Notes under the pieces: generated by a model
What the model saw: only the letters and a program-made list of their open reading frames with translations
Databases searched by the model: none
Told to the model about the DNA's origin: nothing
Shown: positions 40,812 through 52,200 of the stretch, piece after piece
Layout: each line of letters starts with the position of its first letter
How positions within the stretch are numbered: the stretch's first letter is position 1
Translations under genes and position numbers: made by a program
Assembly: GCA_977017575.1 (NCBI GenBank)
Contig: CDRNVI010000059.1
Coordinates: 248,001 to 312,000 of the forward strand
DNA length: 64,000 bases
Direction of reading: 5' to 3'
Source of the DNA: Paramoeba atlantica
Lineage: Eukaryota; Protista; Discosea

Positions 40812-41670
40812 TAAAACGAATTTTTTTACCTATGCTACTCTATTAATCTGATTTCCCAAAATCTTTATAAGCCAAAATTCGAGTTATTGTCCCTAGAAGG
40901 GACAATGAGAAAGAAAATCCTAACCAGTAAACGATAAAAAATATACTCAAAGATAATTATGGAGATAGGGCTTTTTCAACTGAGTTCTTAAAGGACAACC
41001 TATCATAACAGTCCCACCCTTTAACTTTAGTTCAGGTGGAGTTCAGGAGTATACATGCCTTACATGAGGGTAGGCGAAAATGTCGGGGTGTTTGAATCGA
41101 AAATACTAAGAATAATAAAGCGTCGTAGAAGCCTAATAGAGGTTGAAATGGGTTTTTTTAGGGTGGAAAATTTTCAGACCCCCCTTATACTTTAGATTTC
41201 CCCAAAACAAGTGAAGTACAAAGGGTCACAGTAATGCCACTCTGCCCTCGATTATCGAAAAACATAGGTGAGCAAAAACAGTTCAGCAATAAAGAGGAAC
41301 ACAACAATACAGTTCGCGTTTTATTGATACATCCCCCCCCCAGGAAATTGGCGTTTCTTGTCCATTTTTGCTTATTTTGTTGTAAACGAGAGATCTCGTT
41401 CGCATATGACGTTTGCCGTAGCTCCCCCTGGAACGTAGTTAAGAGTGTCTGACTTACGTGTGTCTCACACAAGACAAAACATGGTAAAAAAAATTAATTC
41501 GTCTCTTTCTGGGAGATGTGTGCGAGAAAATTTATGTATGATGGTGAGATTTTTATTCCTTTGCGCTCCATGTAGTTATACCACCGCAATTATAAATTTA
41601 AATACACTATATCACCTATTAGATGCTCTTCTGGCATGGTACACTTATCTGATGCACACCATATGAATAC

Positions 41671-43428
41671 GTGTCTTATGGAAAAGCCTACATTCCTTCA
41701 CTGCAAAACCGTGACACGATTACATCTTCGCTGCACGTTTTAGGTCAAACTATGAAATTCAAAACTATGTGCAGTGCACCTGGTAAACGGTGGTACCTTT
41801 CTTTATCGTTTCCCCAGCATCATGAAAGATTCATTTCCGTTCACTTACCTCTTACCGACGAGCGATTCAACCATTCTTTAGTTCAGTCCAATTCTTTACA
41901 CAGACTTCACGTTGTTGAGCACCTCTCCCCAAGCTACACAGCACTGATTTCTCCATCCGGATTTTCGAGATCATTCCCTCGGTTGGATAGCAAAGAGGCT
42001 TCCATAGCCTCACGCGACACGCTGAAACCTCCCCTTCTCGTATACCCTGTTCCTCGTTCAAAGCGAAATAGTATCTCAAGTAGCATTCCTTCATTATCAT
42101 CGAGCGTTTTTCCTCGTTGCACCACCTCGTTATCCATCCCTTTTTTCTTCCCTTTCCGGACCTACACCGCCAAACATGACACATCGCGTGTCCCCACTTC
42201 TCCACCTCACCCTCCTACACCACTAAATCCTAAAGCCCCGCACAAACAAACCCATCTTCAAAAATCAGAAAAAATGACTCCCAGTGCAAAGGAGGACAAA
42301 AGGGCTTCTCCTAAAAATCCAAACTCGGAAAAGGCTCCGAACCCGAAAAGCTCCAAAAAGGCGGAAAATGTACAACATGTGAAAACTACGCCTCACGCGA
42401 AAAGTCTTCCCCCTTCGGGCCTCCCTGAAACCCCACCCCCCTCCCCCCCTTCCGAGCCCCCCTGCGCCAGCCCGCCCCCCTCCCCTCCCCCCCTCGCCTC
42501 CACCGCCTCCGCGCTCGAGACCGACCTCGTGCTGGCCCACTCCGCGGCCTGCCTCCGTGCGGAGGGCCGGGAGCACCAGATCGAGCCCCTGGTCTGGGCC
42601 GAGGACACCCACTACCCCCCCATCCTCAGCCGCCCCGGGCAGCGCAGCGTCTACTACCACATGGACGACCTCCCCCCCCACGTCTCCCCGCTCTACCCCT
42701 ACCTCCACTCCCAGCGCCGTGAGTTCTTCCAAACCGAACGCAACAAACGGCCCTGGAGCCAAACCCTCTTTCGTTTCGGTTTCTTTTTTCTAAGTTTTAT
42801 TTTATTCGTTTATGCGCTGGTCGCGGCGGAGGTTTGGATTCACCAGCCCCGGGATGTGCTGCTGATGCGGGAGGAGATGCTACAGAACGCGTATGGGAGA
42901 GTGCTGGAGCTGGGCGCGGGGCAGGGCTCCAATGTGGGGCTGTACCCGTACCCCGCCCATGAGGTGTGGATGATGGATCAGGATGTGGTGTTGCTGCGAC
43001 GGTTGGAGGCTCGACTGCCGCGGACCTCGTTCCCGGCGTATCATATTTTGCAGCAAAAGGTGGAGGATTTGGAACGGATTCCGAGTGGGTCGTTTGATAC
43101 GGTGGTGGATTCGTATGGGTTGTGTCACTATCGGGATCCGGTGAGTGTGTTGCGGGAGGTGCAGCGGATTGTGAAGCCCACGGGGGTGATACTGTTGCTG
43201 GAACATGGACGAACGGAGTACCCCTGGGTAAATGCGTTCTTGGATTTTTATGCGGATCGGCACGCGGAGAAAACGGCGGGGTGTCGATGGAATCGACCGG
43301 TGGAGGAGTTCGTGAAGGAGTCCGGGATGGTGATAAAGGATCTGAGGAGGAAACACTTTGGGGTGAGCTTGTATTGCGTGGGGTATCCAACGGAGGGGGC
43401 GGGGGCAAGTAAGGAGGCAGGGGGGTAG
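41671..43428 (+). CDS. SAM-dependent methyltransferase, OMS1/METTL7-like, one TM helix; true start may be downstream
   Basis: VLELGAGQG, FDTVVDSYGLC, VKPTGVILLLEHG, CRWNR. Confidence 0.85.
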   Translation: MSYGKAYIPSLQNRDTITSSLHVLGQTMKFKTMCSAPGKRWYLSLSFPQHHERFISVHLPLTDERFNHSLVQSNSLHRLHVVEHLSPSYTALISPSGFSRSFPRLDSKEASIASRDTLKPPLLVYPVPRSKRNSISSSIPSLSSSVFPRCTTSLSIPFFFPFRTYTAKHDTSRVPTSPPHPPTPLNPKAPHKQTHLQKSEKMTPSAKEDKRASPKNPNSEKAPNPKSSKKAENVQHVKTTPHAKSLPPSGLPETPPPSPPSEPPCASPPPSPPPLASTASALETDLVLAHSAACLRAEGREHQIEPLVWAEDTHYPPILSRPGQRSVYYHMDDLPPHVSPLYPYLHSQRREFFQTERNKRPWSQTLFRFGFFFLSFILFVYALVAAEVWIHQPRDVLLMREEMLQNAYGRVLELGAGQGSNVGLYPYPAHEVWMMDQDVVLLRRLEARLPRTSFPAYHILQQKVEDLERIPSGSFDTVVDSYGLCHYRDPVSVLREVQRIVKPTGVILLLEHGRTEYPWVNAFLDFYADRHAEKTAGCRWNRPVEEFVKESGMVIKDLRRKHFGVSLYCVGYPTEGAGASKEAGG

Positions 43429-43758
43429 AAGGAGGATCGCTCTACAAATAGATATCCCATCAAAGGATAATACGGCTCCTGGTGGGTGTTTAAATCTGTT
43501 TTTCCGTTCGGCAGACTTAAATATTGTTTGAACAAAAGAAGTCCTTTGAAAGTGTTTTCGTATAAGACAGAGGTTAGTTACATGTAGTGTAGTCATGCTA
43601 TAATTAGCTTTTGGTTTGCTGTACGTATAGTATTGTTCAGAATACCGTTCCCCTAAGCATTCATTTATCGTTACTCTAAGAAGCACTTCATAGCCTCCTT
43701 TTTACGTCAAGGTCACGACTCAAAGTGTATATTGTACCTATAATATAAACAACTTTTT

Positions 43759-44823
43759 TTGTATTATTCACACAACGTACTGGTTGCTATGGAATCCCGT
43801 CTTGGTCGTCCACGAAAAAATCTGATTCTCCCTCCCGATGAAGCAATCCACCAATTTCTACGAAACACGACAGCACATCATCCAACATGGAGTAATGTAT
43901 ACCCCGTAAAGCATTGGACTGGATTTAAATTTCGCGCGAACGAATTGGACAACATTACATTGGATAGATCCCAGTGGCCGAGTTGGTCACCCAACCTATT
44001 GACGGGGACGTTAAGTTGGTCATTTCTTCCCCGTTCGTTGCTCTCAATTTCGATCATTCGTTTGCCGGTAGAAGGATTTTTGCCCACTGCTGATCTCCCC
44101 CAATCTCTTCAACGTTTGAGTCTCGTAAGAACAAGGCTTGGTGGGGATTTTGATTTCACAACATTGCCTCCAGGGCTCGTCCGGTTACGCGTGGTAAATT
44201 CTAATTTTGGAAGTTCATGTGATTTCTCTTTTTTGCCTCCTACACTCGAGTGTTTGAATTTTCAGCATAGTCGTTTAGAGGGAAAAATCGATTTGACTTG
44301 TCTCCCCGATGGTCTTCGTATCATTCGCTTGAATCATAACTTACTAAAAGGTTCCCTTCAACTGGGAGAATTGCCACCTAAGCTGCGATGCTTCGATGTG
44401 GAGGCCAATAATTTTACTGATGTACAAGGAATGTGTTGCCTACCCTACACTATGCTAACATTGAACCTTTCTCACAATCGTCTACAAGGACCCCTGGCGT
44501 TTAGGAATCTCCCCGCTACCTTGCATGTTCTCAATTTTTCTCATAATCACTTTACCGGAAATCCAATTCTTACGTATCGTCATATTCCAAAGGACTTGGA
44601 AGTTCTTGACCTTTCGGAGAATCCGTTACTTGCCGGATTTTTAAATACTCGTCTCATCGTGCCTCGCACGATAATACGCACCACGGGGACTCAAGTGCAC
44701 ACCGTACCCTTGCCTCGTACTTCTGTAGATATTCGAAAGGAAGAAAACAAGCAAACGGGAATTGTTCTTGCTGGCGCACTCGCTGTAATGGCAGTGGTTA
44801 TTTGGGGTGTTTATGCTCTATAA
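43759..44823 (+). CDS. LRR family protein with C-terminal TM helix
   Basis: RLGRPRKNLILPPDE motif, about 9 LRRs, GIVLAGALAVMAVVIWGVYAL. Confidence 0.87.
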   Translation: MYYSHNVLVAMESRLGRPRKNLILPPDEAIHQFLRNTTAHHPTWSNVYPVKHWTGFKFRANELDNITLDRSQWPSWSPNLLTGTLSWSFLPRSLLSISIIRLPVEGFLPTADLPQSLQRLSLVRTRLGGDFDFTTLPPGLVRLRVVNSNFGSSCDFSFLPPTLECLNFQHSRLEGKIDLTCLPDGLRIIRLNHNLLKGSLQLGELPPKLRCFDVEANNFTDVQGMCCLPYTMLTLNLSHNRLQGPLAFRNLPATLHVLNFSHNHFTGNPILTYRHIPKDLEVLDLSENPLLAGFLNTRLIVPRTIIRTTGTQVHTVPLPRTSVDIRKEENKQTGIVLAGALAVMAVVIWGVYAL

Positions 44824-46770
44824 ATTTTATAGAGGTTTTCGTTTTATAGTATAAAAAGAAGAGCAGTCTCAATAAGAACATTAATATTTTTTTTATGAAC
44901 CGTTCAAAGCTTCCCTTAATGTTTCTAATAAATAGGAAAAAGGGAATTACAGTATGGTGATAAAAAATGTGTGTATTTAATGCGTTCACATTCAGTGTGA
45001 TGGTACGATGTTTTCATGACTGTAACCTCTTTCAAGAAAAGAAAAACTGAAATCAGAAAGACACAACCAATTTTTTTAAACTCCGTTCCCCGATCAACGA
45101 CTCAAATAACATTAAAACTCAAATATGATATTATAAAAACTGCTAAAGCATATGCGGCGCGCATACAAGTTGAGATTTCTTTTAAGGTTATGATTCTCTT
45201 CAATAATTTTTGTAACGGCTAACATAACAAGGTTATGATTTCACGAAGGTATCAGTCTCCTATCGGACTTTATTTTAATCCTCTGGCCCAATTTCGCAGC
45301 GCAATTCTTTTTCCCTCCAGCTAAGATTACCACCCTCTAGATTTCCACGAATGAACTTCTGTGTCGCGATCGTATCTCAGTGAAGGAAAGCTTTTGTGTA
45401 TCATATTTCCAACCCGTAATACTGTGGTGTTCAGCGACATACCACCTACAGGTCTTATCTTTTGTCTTATCTCTGACTGCGCTGGGGGAAAAGATAGATA
45501 GATAGATATTATCCAGCCATTTGTCTGCGAACGCATGTGGCTGCCTCACTTCACGCGTAGGTCGCGTTGCCGGTACTCCACGCGGGGAGTAATCTTCCAG
45601 CACGAGAGCGGTTGGCTCGATATAAGAAGACACCGGACTTTAGACAGACATTACCCTAGTTATTTGATGTCTTGTTTGTTGGCATTGGGTAACCCATCTA
45701 CAGGAAAGGTACAGTGCCCTAGTTCTCTAACATGTTGTTCTATCGATGCCGGGCACCCCCTTCCGCAATAGCCTTTTCGCAAAAGCAATAGGCCCTCCCT
45801 ATAGGCTCAAAGGTGTCGCCCGTCACCCCTGAACGAAAACCCGCATTGTTCGTACGTTGTACGGATTGAAATAGGACGGGGCACTGCGCGCGAAAGTGAC
45901 CGATTTGTGACACTTATGACAAGAATCCGGATTTCGTAGACGTCTTCGTCGTGCGCAACTCGCGTAGCTTTTCATCAGCCCCGATAGAAGACAATCTTCT
46001 CCGGGGAGATCTTGACAAGTTTCTCTGCTACTTCCGTCTACCTGGCCACTGCCTTCCAGTATAATAGAATTGTCATTGCCTCGGAGTACCCTGCGTTCGG
46101 AGTTACCCTGCGGCATAGCTCTCTCAGAAGATAAGGCATCAGGGGTCTCATTTTGGCGTTGGGGCTTCAATCCGCCCTGCGCTTGCAACGCGTTTGCGTA
46201 CAGCTTTAGCGGGGTGTTTTCGGCATTTACGTGAGCGTAAATGGTCTGGAGATTTCGTGTGAAGGTCAGCCGAGTTCGAGCCCTGGGGGTAAGAGTTGTT
46301 ATCTTAGATAACTGATTCCCATAACAATGTTTTGGATCGCAGCGCACGGCACTGGATGGCAGTGGACAACTGCATAGTGTACCAGGACAGCTGTGTTTTT
46401 CGCATGGAAAGCCGATACATACATTTTTGTCATTCACCCAGGCACATACGTGTAATAAATTTATAAGGTTCATAAGAAAATTAATTGTGCTTACACATCG
46501 AAGAAAAAAATGTTTAGTTGGGGTTAATGATGTTTAATTGACCCGGAATTACGTTCAGTGCATGTGAAGGCTTGTGTCGTAACTAAATGTAGCTTTAATT
46601 TCTCCGAGATAAAAATGTTTGCATACTTTGTAGTAAGTTACTGCAACTTCAATGCAGGGTGTGAAGAAGAATGCAGGGTATGATGAGACTAACTAGAACA
46701 GCTAGATGTTGTGCAGCAAGACTGCATGAACAACAAGCAAGTTTAAAATATATATTGTATAGACGAAAGA

Positions 46771-47496
46771 ATGTATCATATTCGAAATATGTACGGATTA
46801 GAAAATCTGGTAAACGCAATTCTTGGTTGCTGCTTCTTATTTTTGGTTAGCGTCGCATATTTGGTAAGGTCGGCCGATCCTCACTTTCGTCAGAACTCCA
46901 CACAATATGTGTCGCTACCACACACAGATATTGACTTCGCCTTTTTTCCTTCTCTCTTGGTTGCATTCTTCACAGGTTGGTTTTTAGGTAATCGATGGAA
47001 AACGGATTATGATCACGAAGAAAAAGTTCATCAGGAAAAAAAAACAAGCGAAATAAAACAACCAACGAGTACCAGAACATGTAATAAGGAAGCAAAGAGT
47101 ATAGCGTCTCAAGCATCTTCGACAAAGATGGTGCTTCTTGTTCGCACAGATTTAGGTATGACTACAGGAAAAATAGCAGCTCAATGTTGTCACGCGGCGG
47201 TAGGACTTGTCGAAGCCATAGTTACGGAACAAAACACAGCCAGATTGAAAAAGGTACACTTTCAATGGTATAAATCGTGGCAACGCACTGCTTGCGCCAA
47301 AATTACTTTGCAAGTACCGCACGAGCATGATCTTCATAGTTTTGCCGATCAGGCAGAAGAGAAGGGATTGCCTTACTATTTGGTTCAGGACGCTGGACGA
47401 ACTCAAATTCCTACGGGTTCTTACACAGTACTAGGTATAGGCCCCGCACCTTCCGAAGCCATTAATGAGATATCAGGTGAACTCAAACTATTGTGA
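46771..47496 (+). CDS. PTH2: Peptidyl-tRNA hydrolase 2
   Basis: KMVLLVRTDLGMTTGKIAAQCCHA, QDAGRTQI, TVLGIGP; N-terminal hydrophobic anchor. Confidence 0.95.
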   Translation: MYHIRNMYGLENLVNAILGCCFLFLVSVAYLVRSADPHFRQNSTQYVSLPHTDIDFAFFPSLLVAFFTGWFLGNRWKTDYDHEEKVHQEKKTSEIKQPTSTRTCNKEAKSIASQASSTKMVLLVRTDLGMTTGKIAAQCCHAAVGLVEAIVTEQNTARLKKVHFQWYKSWQRTACAKITLQVPHEHDLHSFADQAEEKGLPYYLVQDAGRTQIPTGSYTVLGIGPAPSEAINEISGELKLL

Positions 47497-47796
47497 TCCA
47501 ATGCTTTGTAATGGCGACGCTAATTGTCTGTTTTGCGTTCGTTATGATATGTGCTATTTCAAATTTTGCGAACGGCCTTCAACTCTAAATAGTACTCGTC
47601 TCCACAACTGTGATTTACTGTTATGAAATGTTTTTAGATGTTAATACTGTTAACTCTGCCTTTACTTTTTCGTACTGCGTCAGAAAAGAGAAACAAGTTT
47701 TTTTGTTTATAATTAGTTCATCAGGAGGAACCAAAGATATCCATTTTTCTACGTAGCAATCCGATTTATTCTTACTCCTTTATATTCTGTCCCAGC

Positions 47797-48870
47797 ATGG
47801 CAGTCCGAGTCTTAGGTCTCCCGCATTCGATCACCACAGATCACCTTCGTCAAGTGTGTGCCTTTTACACCCCTTCACACAATTTAAAGGACATAACCCT
47901 CAAAGAGGAGACGAGACATGACAGTGTAGGAAACTGTGAACGTGTTGAAGAAAATTTTCAATCCTCAGAGGAGGATCAGAAAATACAAAATGCTGATCCC
48001 ATGCAAAGTACCCCTGCGGATGTTCGAGGAAAATCTGCTGAGATTTTCTTACGTCGCGGGGCCACACGTCTGGCTCAAGCGCTGCACCATTCCGAGTTTG
48101 ATGGTAAGCCCATATACACATGTGTGCTGGTCGAAAACAGTGAAAGTACCGAAAAAGAACCGGAGGAAAATGAGCTAAAAGGTGAAGATAAATACGATGA
48201 AGATCAATTTAGACATTCACCAGAACGAAGAGTCACAAGATCGTATAGAACACATCGCCGCAGCCCAAGTCCTGTCCCCCATCGTGATTCATATCGCAGA
48301 GGAGACTATCACTCGAGTCGGGATACTCGAGCGAGGTACAGCCACTCACGTTCGAAAAAACGACGAAGGTCTTGTCGTTCTCGAAGCAGAGGGAGGCATA
48401 GGCGAACGCGCAGAGAGGAATCCAGTGATGAGAGGGTCGAGTACCCCAGCAGACGTCGAGAGAATTCCTACATAAGAAGTCACCGTGTCCATGATTCACG
48501 TTCTCGACGTCGTGAAAAGTCTTATCGGCGTTCGTACCGAGACAGAAAAGATAGTTTGGAGAGAAGCAATTCCACAGCAAGAAGGAGACACGCCGATGAA
48601 TATGAAAGACGTTCTCGTTCGTACAAACGGAGACGATGTGCAAGTCGAGATAGAGAATGTTCTCGGCATCCTCTAGATTCCCATGAGAAACACAGATCGC
48701 GCGGTCGCAGTCATGGGAGAAAAAGGTATCGCAATGATTCGTACGAGAGACGTCGAAGTCCTAATTCAGAATACGGCAGAGATCGAAAACGGTCACCTAA
48801 ATACGAGGAAAGTAGGCATGCCCCTCTGAAAGAGTCCATATGGGATGTGTGGGATGCGCAGAATCGTTAG
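47797..48870 (+). CDS. RS-rich protein with split degenerate RRM (RNPS1/SR45-like)
   Basis: VRVLGLPHSITTDHL ... GKSAEIF ... FDGKPI, followed by a long RS/RD/RH-rich tail. Confidence 0.6.
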   Translation: MAVRVLGLPHSITTDHLRQVCAFYTPSHNLKDITLKEETRHDSVGNCERVEENFQSSEEDQKIQNADPMQSTPADVRGKSAEIFLRRGATRLAQALHHSEFDGKPIYTCVLVENSESTEKEPEENELKGEDKYDEDQFRHSPERRVTRSYRTHRRSPSPVPHRDSYRRGDYHSSRDTRARYSHSRSKKRRRSCRSRSRGRHRRTRREESSDERVEYPSRRRENSYIRSHRVHDSRSRRREKSYRRSYRDRKDSLERSNSTARRRHADEYERRSRSYKRRRCASRDRECSRHPLDSHEKHRSRGRSHGRKRYRNDSYERRRSPNSEYGRDRKRSPKYEESRHAPLKESIWDVWDAQNR

Positions 48871-49252
48871 ACAAGTGCTAAGACCGTTCCTTCTGGTAGA
48901 TTCGTGTCGTAATGTGATTTCTCTTCTTACTATTTACTGGTCTTAAGCGTTCACTAGGCAATCAATACTCAGGAACTGGTGTCTGCTCAATCCCCCGAAA
49001 ACATTACGAATATTTTGGAATCCGCATGTTGTGTAAAGCCCGTTATTTCGTTGCATTCTACACGATGCAATTTTATACTCACTTTCGTAATTTTTCTTAC
49101 GCGCAAACAAAAATAATTTAAATGAAGGCACTCCAATCAAGCAGTTGAAATTAGCTTCGGAAATTAGCCTTTCTACATTCGAAATCCATCTAACAGCTAC
49201 ATGTACTCACTTCTAGATCATCAAAATATTTCTTACGTTTCTTTACTGTACA

Positions 49253-52200
49253 ATGACGGATACCTTCTTAACTCCTCCCCCTCTTGTCTCTCACACACGT
49301 TACGGCACCCTACACGCCACGCTTCCCTTTCCGTTAAGTACGGAGGAGCTCAGCAACGCCGAGACCGCACTCAAGGATTTGCCCCGGGATGTTCACTCCG
49401 CAGACGCCTTTCTTCCCTTGACTCATCCGGATCATTTTACCCCATGGAATGCATCGGCCTATATGAATTCCCCTGGACATCGTGCTCCTCCTGAAACACC
49501 TTCACAGATTGCTGTTGGATCTGCAATCACAGAAATCGTAGAAAACACGCGGTCGCCGTGTGTGACCATCGTGCATGGTGGAAAAGGGAGTGGGAAATCC
49601 ACCTGGATTCCGCTGGCTCTCCTGAACGCTCATTCTGGAGCACGCGTCTTTCTGGTGTCCCCTTTTCCCGCAAGTTGCGCACTAGTAGCTTCCCGTATTG
49701 TGGAGTTAACAGGATGGACCATGGGGGTTGAAATTGGTATTCAAACCTCACTGATTGATATGGAGATTGCTCCGACTTCTCGTTTGGTTATTTGCACACC
49801 AGAGATGATGGTGAGACGACTACAAAATGGGTGCGACCCCCACTTGATCAACTCGTTGCTTGTGTTGGATGAAATCCAAACACGTCATCCGTATTTGGAT
49901 TTACTCCTCTTGCTGGCGAAGCAATTCGTACATGTGTTAAATCATTCTGTGGTTGTAATGGCAGGTCCGATGGACGCCAGCTCATTCATCTCTCGACTAC
50001 GTGCTTACATGGAATCAGGCACGGAGGGGAGCTGCTGTGTGGTAACAGTTGCAGATTCTCCCATTGGTGGGCATGAGGCTTTTCAGGAATCTTTACCTAC
50101 TGAACAAGCAAACGAAACCTCGGAAAAGGGGTTGAATGAAGACATCATTCGGGCAGTACACGCTTCTACACCTGAAATTTGGGACTTGGAGCGCCTACTG
50201 GGCATGGTTACCAAGCAGGATGACAACACTTCTCAACTTTTTGAAGAGCGCCTATCTTCTTTTTCGAATCTCGATGCAGATTTCACCACCATTTGTACTG
50301 AAGTCATTTCTCCCGTACTCACCACAATGCATTGTGATCTAGCCCATGACAACGGGGGCTTTATTGTCGTTTTGCCCGATGAGGCTTCCTGCACCTTGGT
50401 CGCTGAACATTTGCAATCCGCCTACATCCCCGCCTCCCAAGCACCCCTAACCGTGTTTACCCTACACGAAAATTCAACCTCCGAACATGCACAAGAAGTC
50501 GCAAACGCCACATTACCCTATCGTCAATCCTTTGCCACACCAAAATCCGAAACCACGACCCCCACACCACCCCGCCCGCGCCCCGTACTCCTCTCCACCT
50601 ACGCCACCCTCCCCACCCTCCCCATCCTCCTCTCCCCCACCGCCCTCCTCCTTGACACCTGTCGTCGTACCCTTCACCGTTACGACCCTATCGAAGACGC
50701 TGAATCCCACATCCCCACCTGGATTACCCTTGACCAACTTCAAGCCAGTGCACAGACCCTTATCGCCTCGAATCCCCGTCACTTTAACGCTGTCTCGTCT
50801 AGCGCCTCGAATCCCCATAGTCATCCTAACGCTACCTCTTCTACCTCTGCTTCTACCCCCTCTTCAGAAACCGCTTCTTCGGCTCCTCCTTTTACCAATA
50901 CCACTACCTCTTCTCCTTCTGCAACCCCCTCTCCATCCAGCGCTTCTTCGGCTCCTCCCTTTACCCGTTCCACCACCCCTTCTGCAACCCCTTCTTCATC
51001 CATCCCTTCGGCTCCCTTTACGAGTTCCACCACCCCTTCTTCAACCCCCTCTCCATCAAGCGCTTCTTCGGCTCCTCCCTTTACCCGTTCCACTCCCTCT
51101 TCTTCTTCCACTCCCTCTTCTTCCACTCCCTCTTCTTCTTCCGCTCCCTCTTCTTCTTCCACTCCCTCTTCTTCTTCCGCTCCCTCTTCTTCTTCCACTC
51201 CCTCTTCTTCTTCCACTCCCTCTTCTTCCACTCCCTCTTCTTCTTCCACTCCCTCTTCTTCTTCTTCTGCTGCTGCTGCCGCTGCCCCCTCTTCTTCTCT
51301 CTCTCCCCGCCCCCGCCACCTCCTCCTCCTCCCCTCCCCCGCCCTCTCCGCCACCCTCGCCCTCGAGTCCCCCTCCCACGACCCCATCCAGCACACCCCC
51401 CGCCTCCACGAGCTTATCCTCCAGCTCTACCTCCTCACCGAGGCCCTCCGGCAGCACAGCCCCGAGCGCGTCCTCTGGCAGCTGCTCCGCCCCCCGGGCC
51501 CCGCGGCCGTGGAGGCCGCGCTGCGGGGACTCGCCCAGCAGGGGCTGCTGACCCCGGGGGGGGCAGCGCTCGCCCCGATGGGCAGAGTGGTGGCCCACCT
51601 GGGGCTGCCGGTGGGGGTCGCGCGCCTGCTGGTCGGGGGGCTGGGGCTGGGGGTGGGGAGACCGCTATTGTGGTTGGCTGCGGCTGCGGGGATGCCGGGG
51701 TGTGAGGGGTGGAGGAAGGGAGGACCAAACCGCAGGGATGGGGCGCAACCCGGGGAGGGGGGTTCGATGAGATGTGACGCGGAGGTGATCGGGGGACTGG
51801 CGCAGCGGTACTTGGGGGAGATGGACCGTGTGGGGTTTTGTGCTCGTATGGGGCTGGAGGCGGAGGTGATGGGTCGGATCACGAGGACAGCGTCGCGAAT
51901 GGAGAGGTTGCTGCAGTCGTGTGGGTTGCTGGGGGAGAGTGCTGGGGTGTATGTCCCGCCACTGTCGAGGAGTTTTACCGGGTCGCTGGGGTTTACGGGA
52001 GCGGCGCATCGGGATCGGGAGGTGCATAGCCGGTTGGTACAACATGCTGTGGTGAGTGCGCTGTATCCCCGGGTTTGTTGTATCGAACGCGGAGGCTCTA
52101 CGGTGTTTTTTCCTCATCTTACGACGGAGAAACGGGAAGTAAAAGTATCGTTTGACACACTTGCTCATCTTTCTTTTACGGATGGCACGGTATTGGCTTA

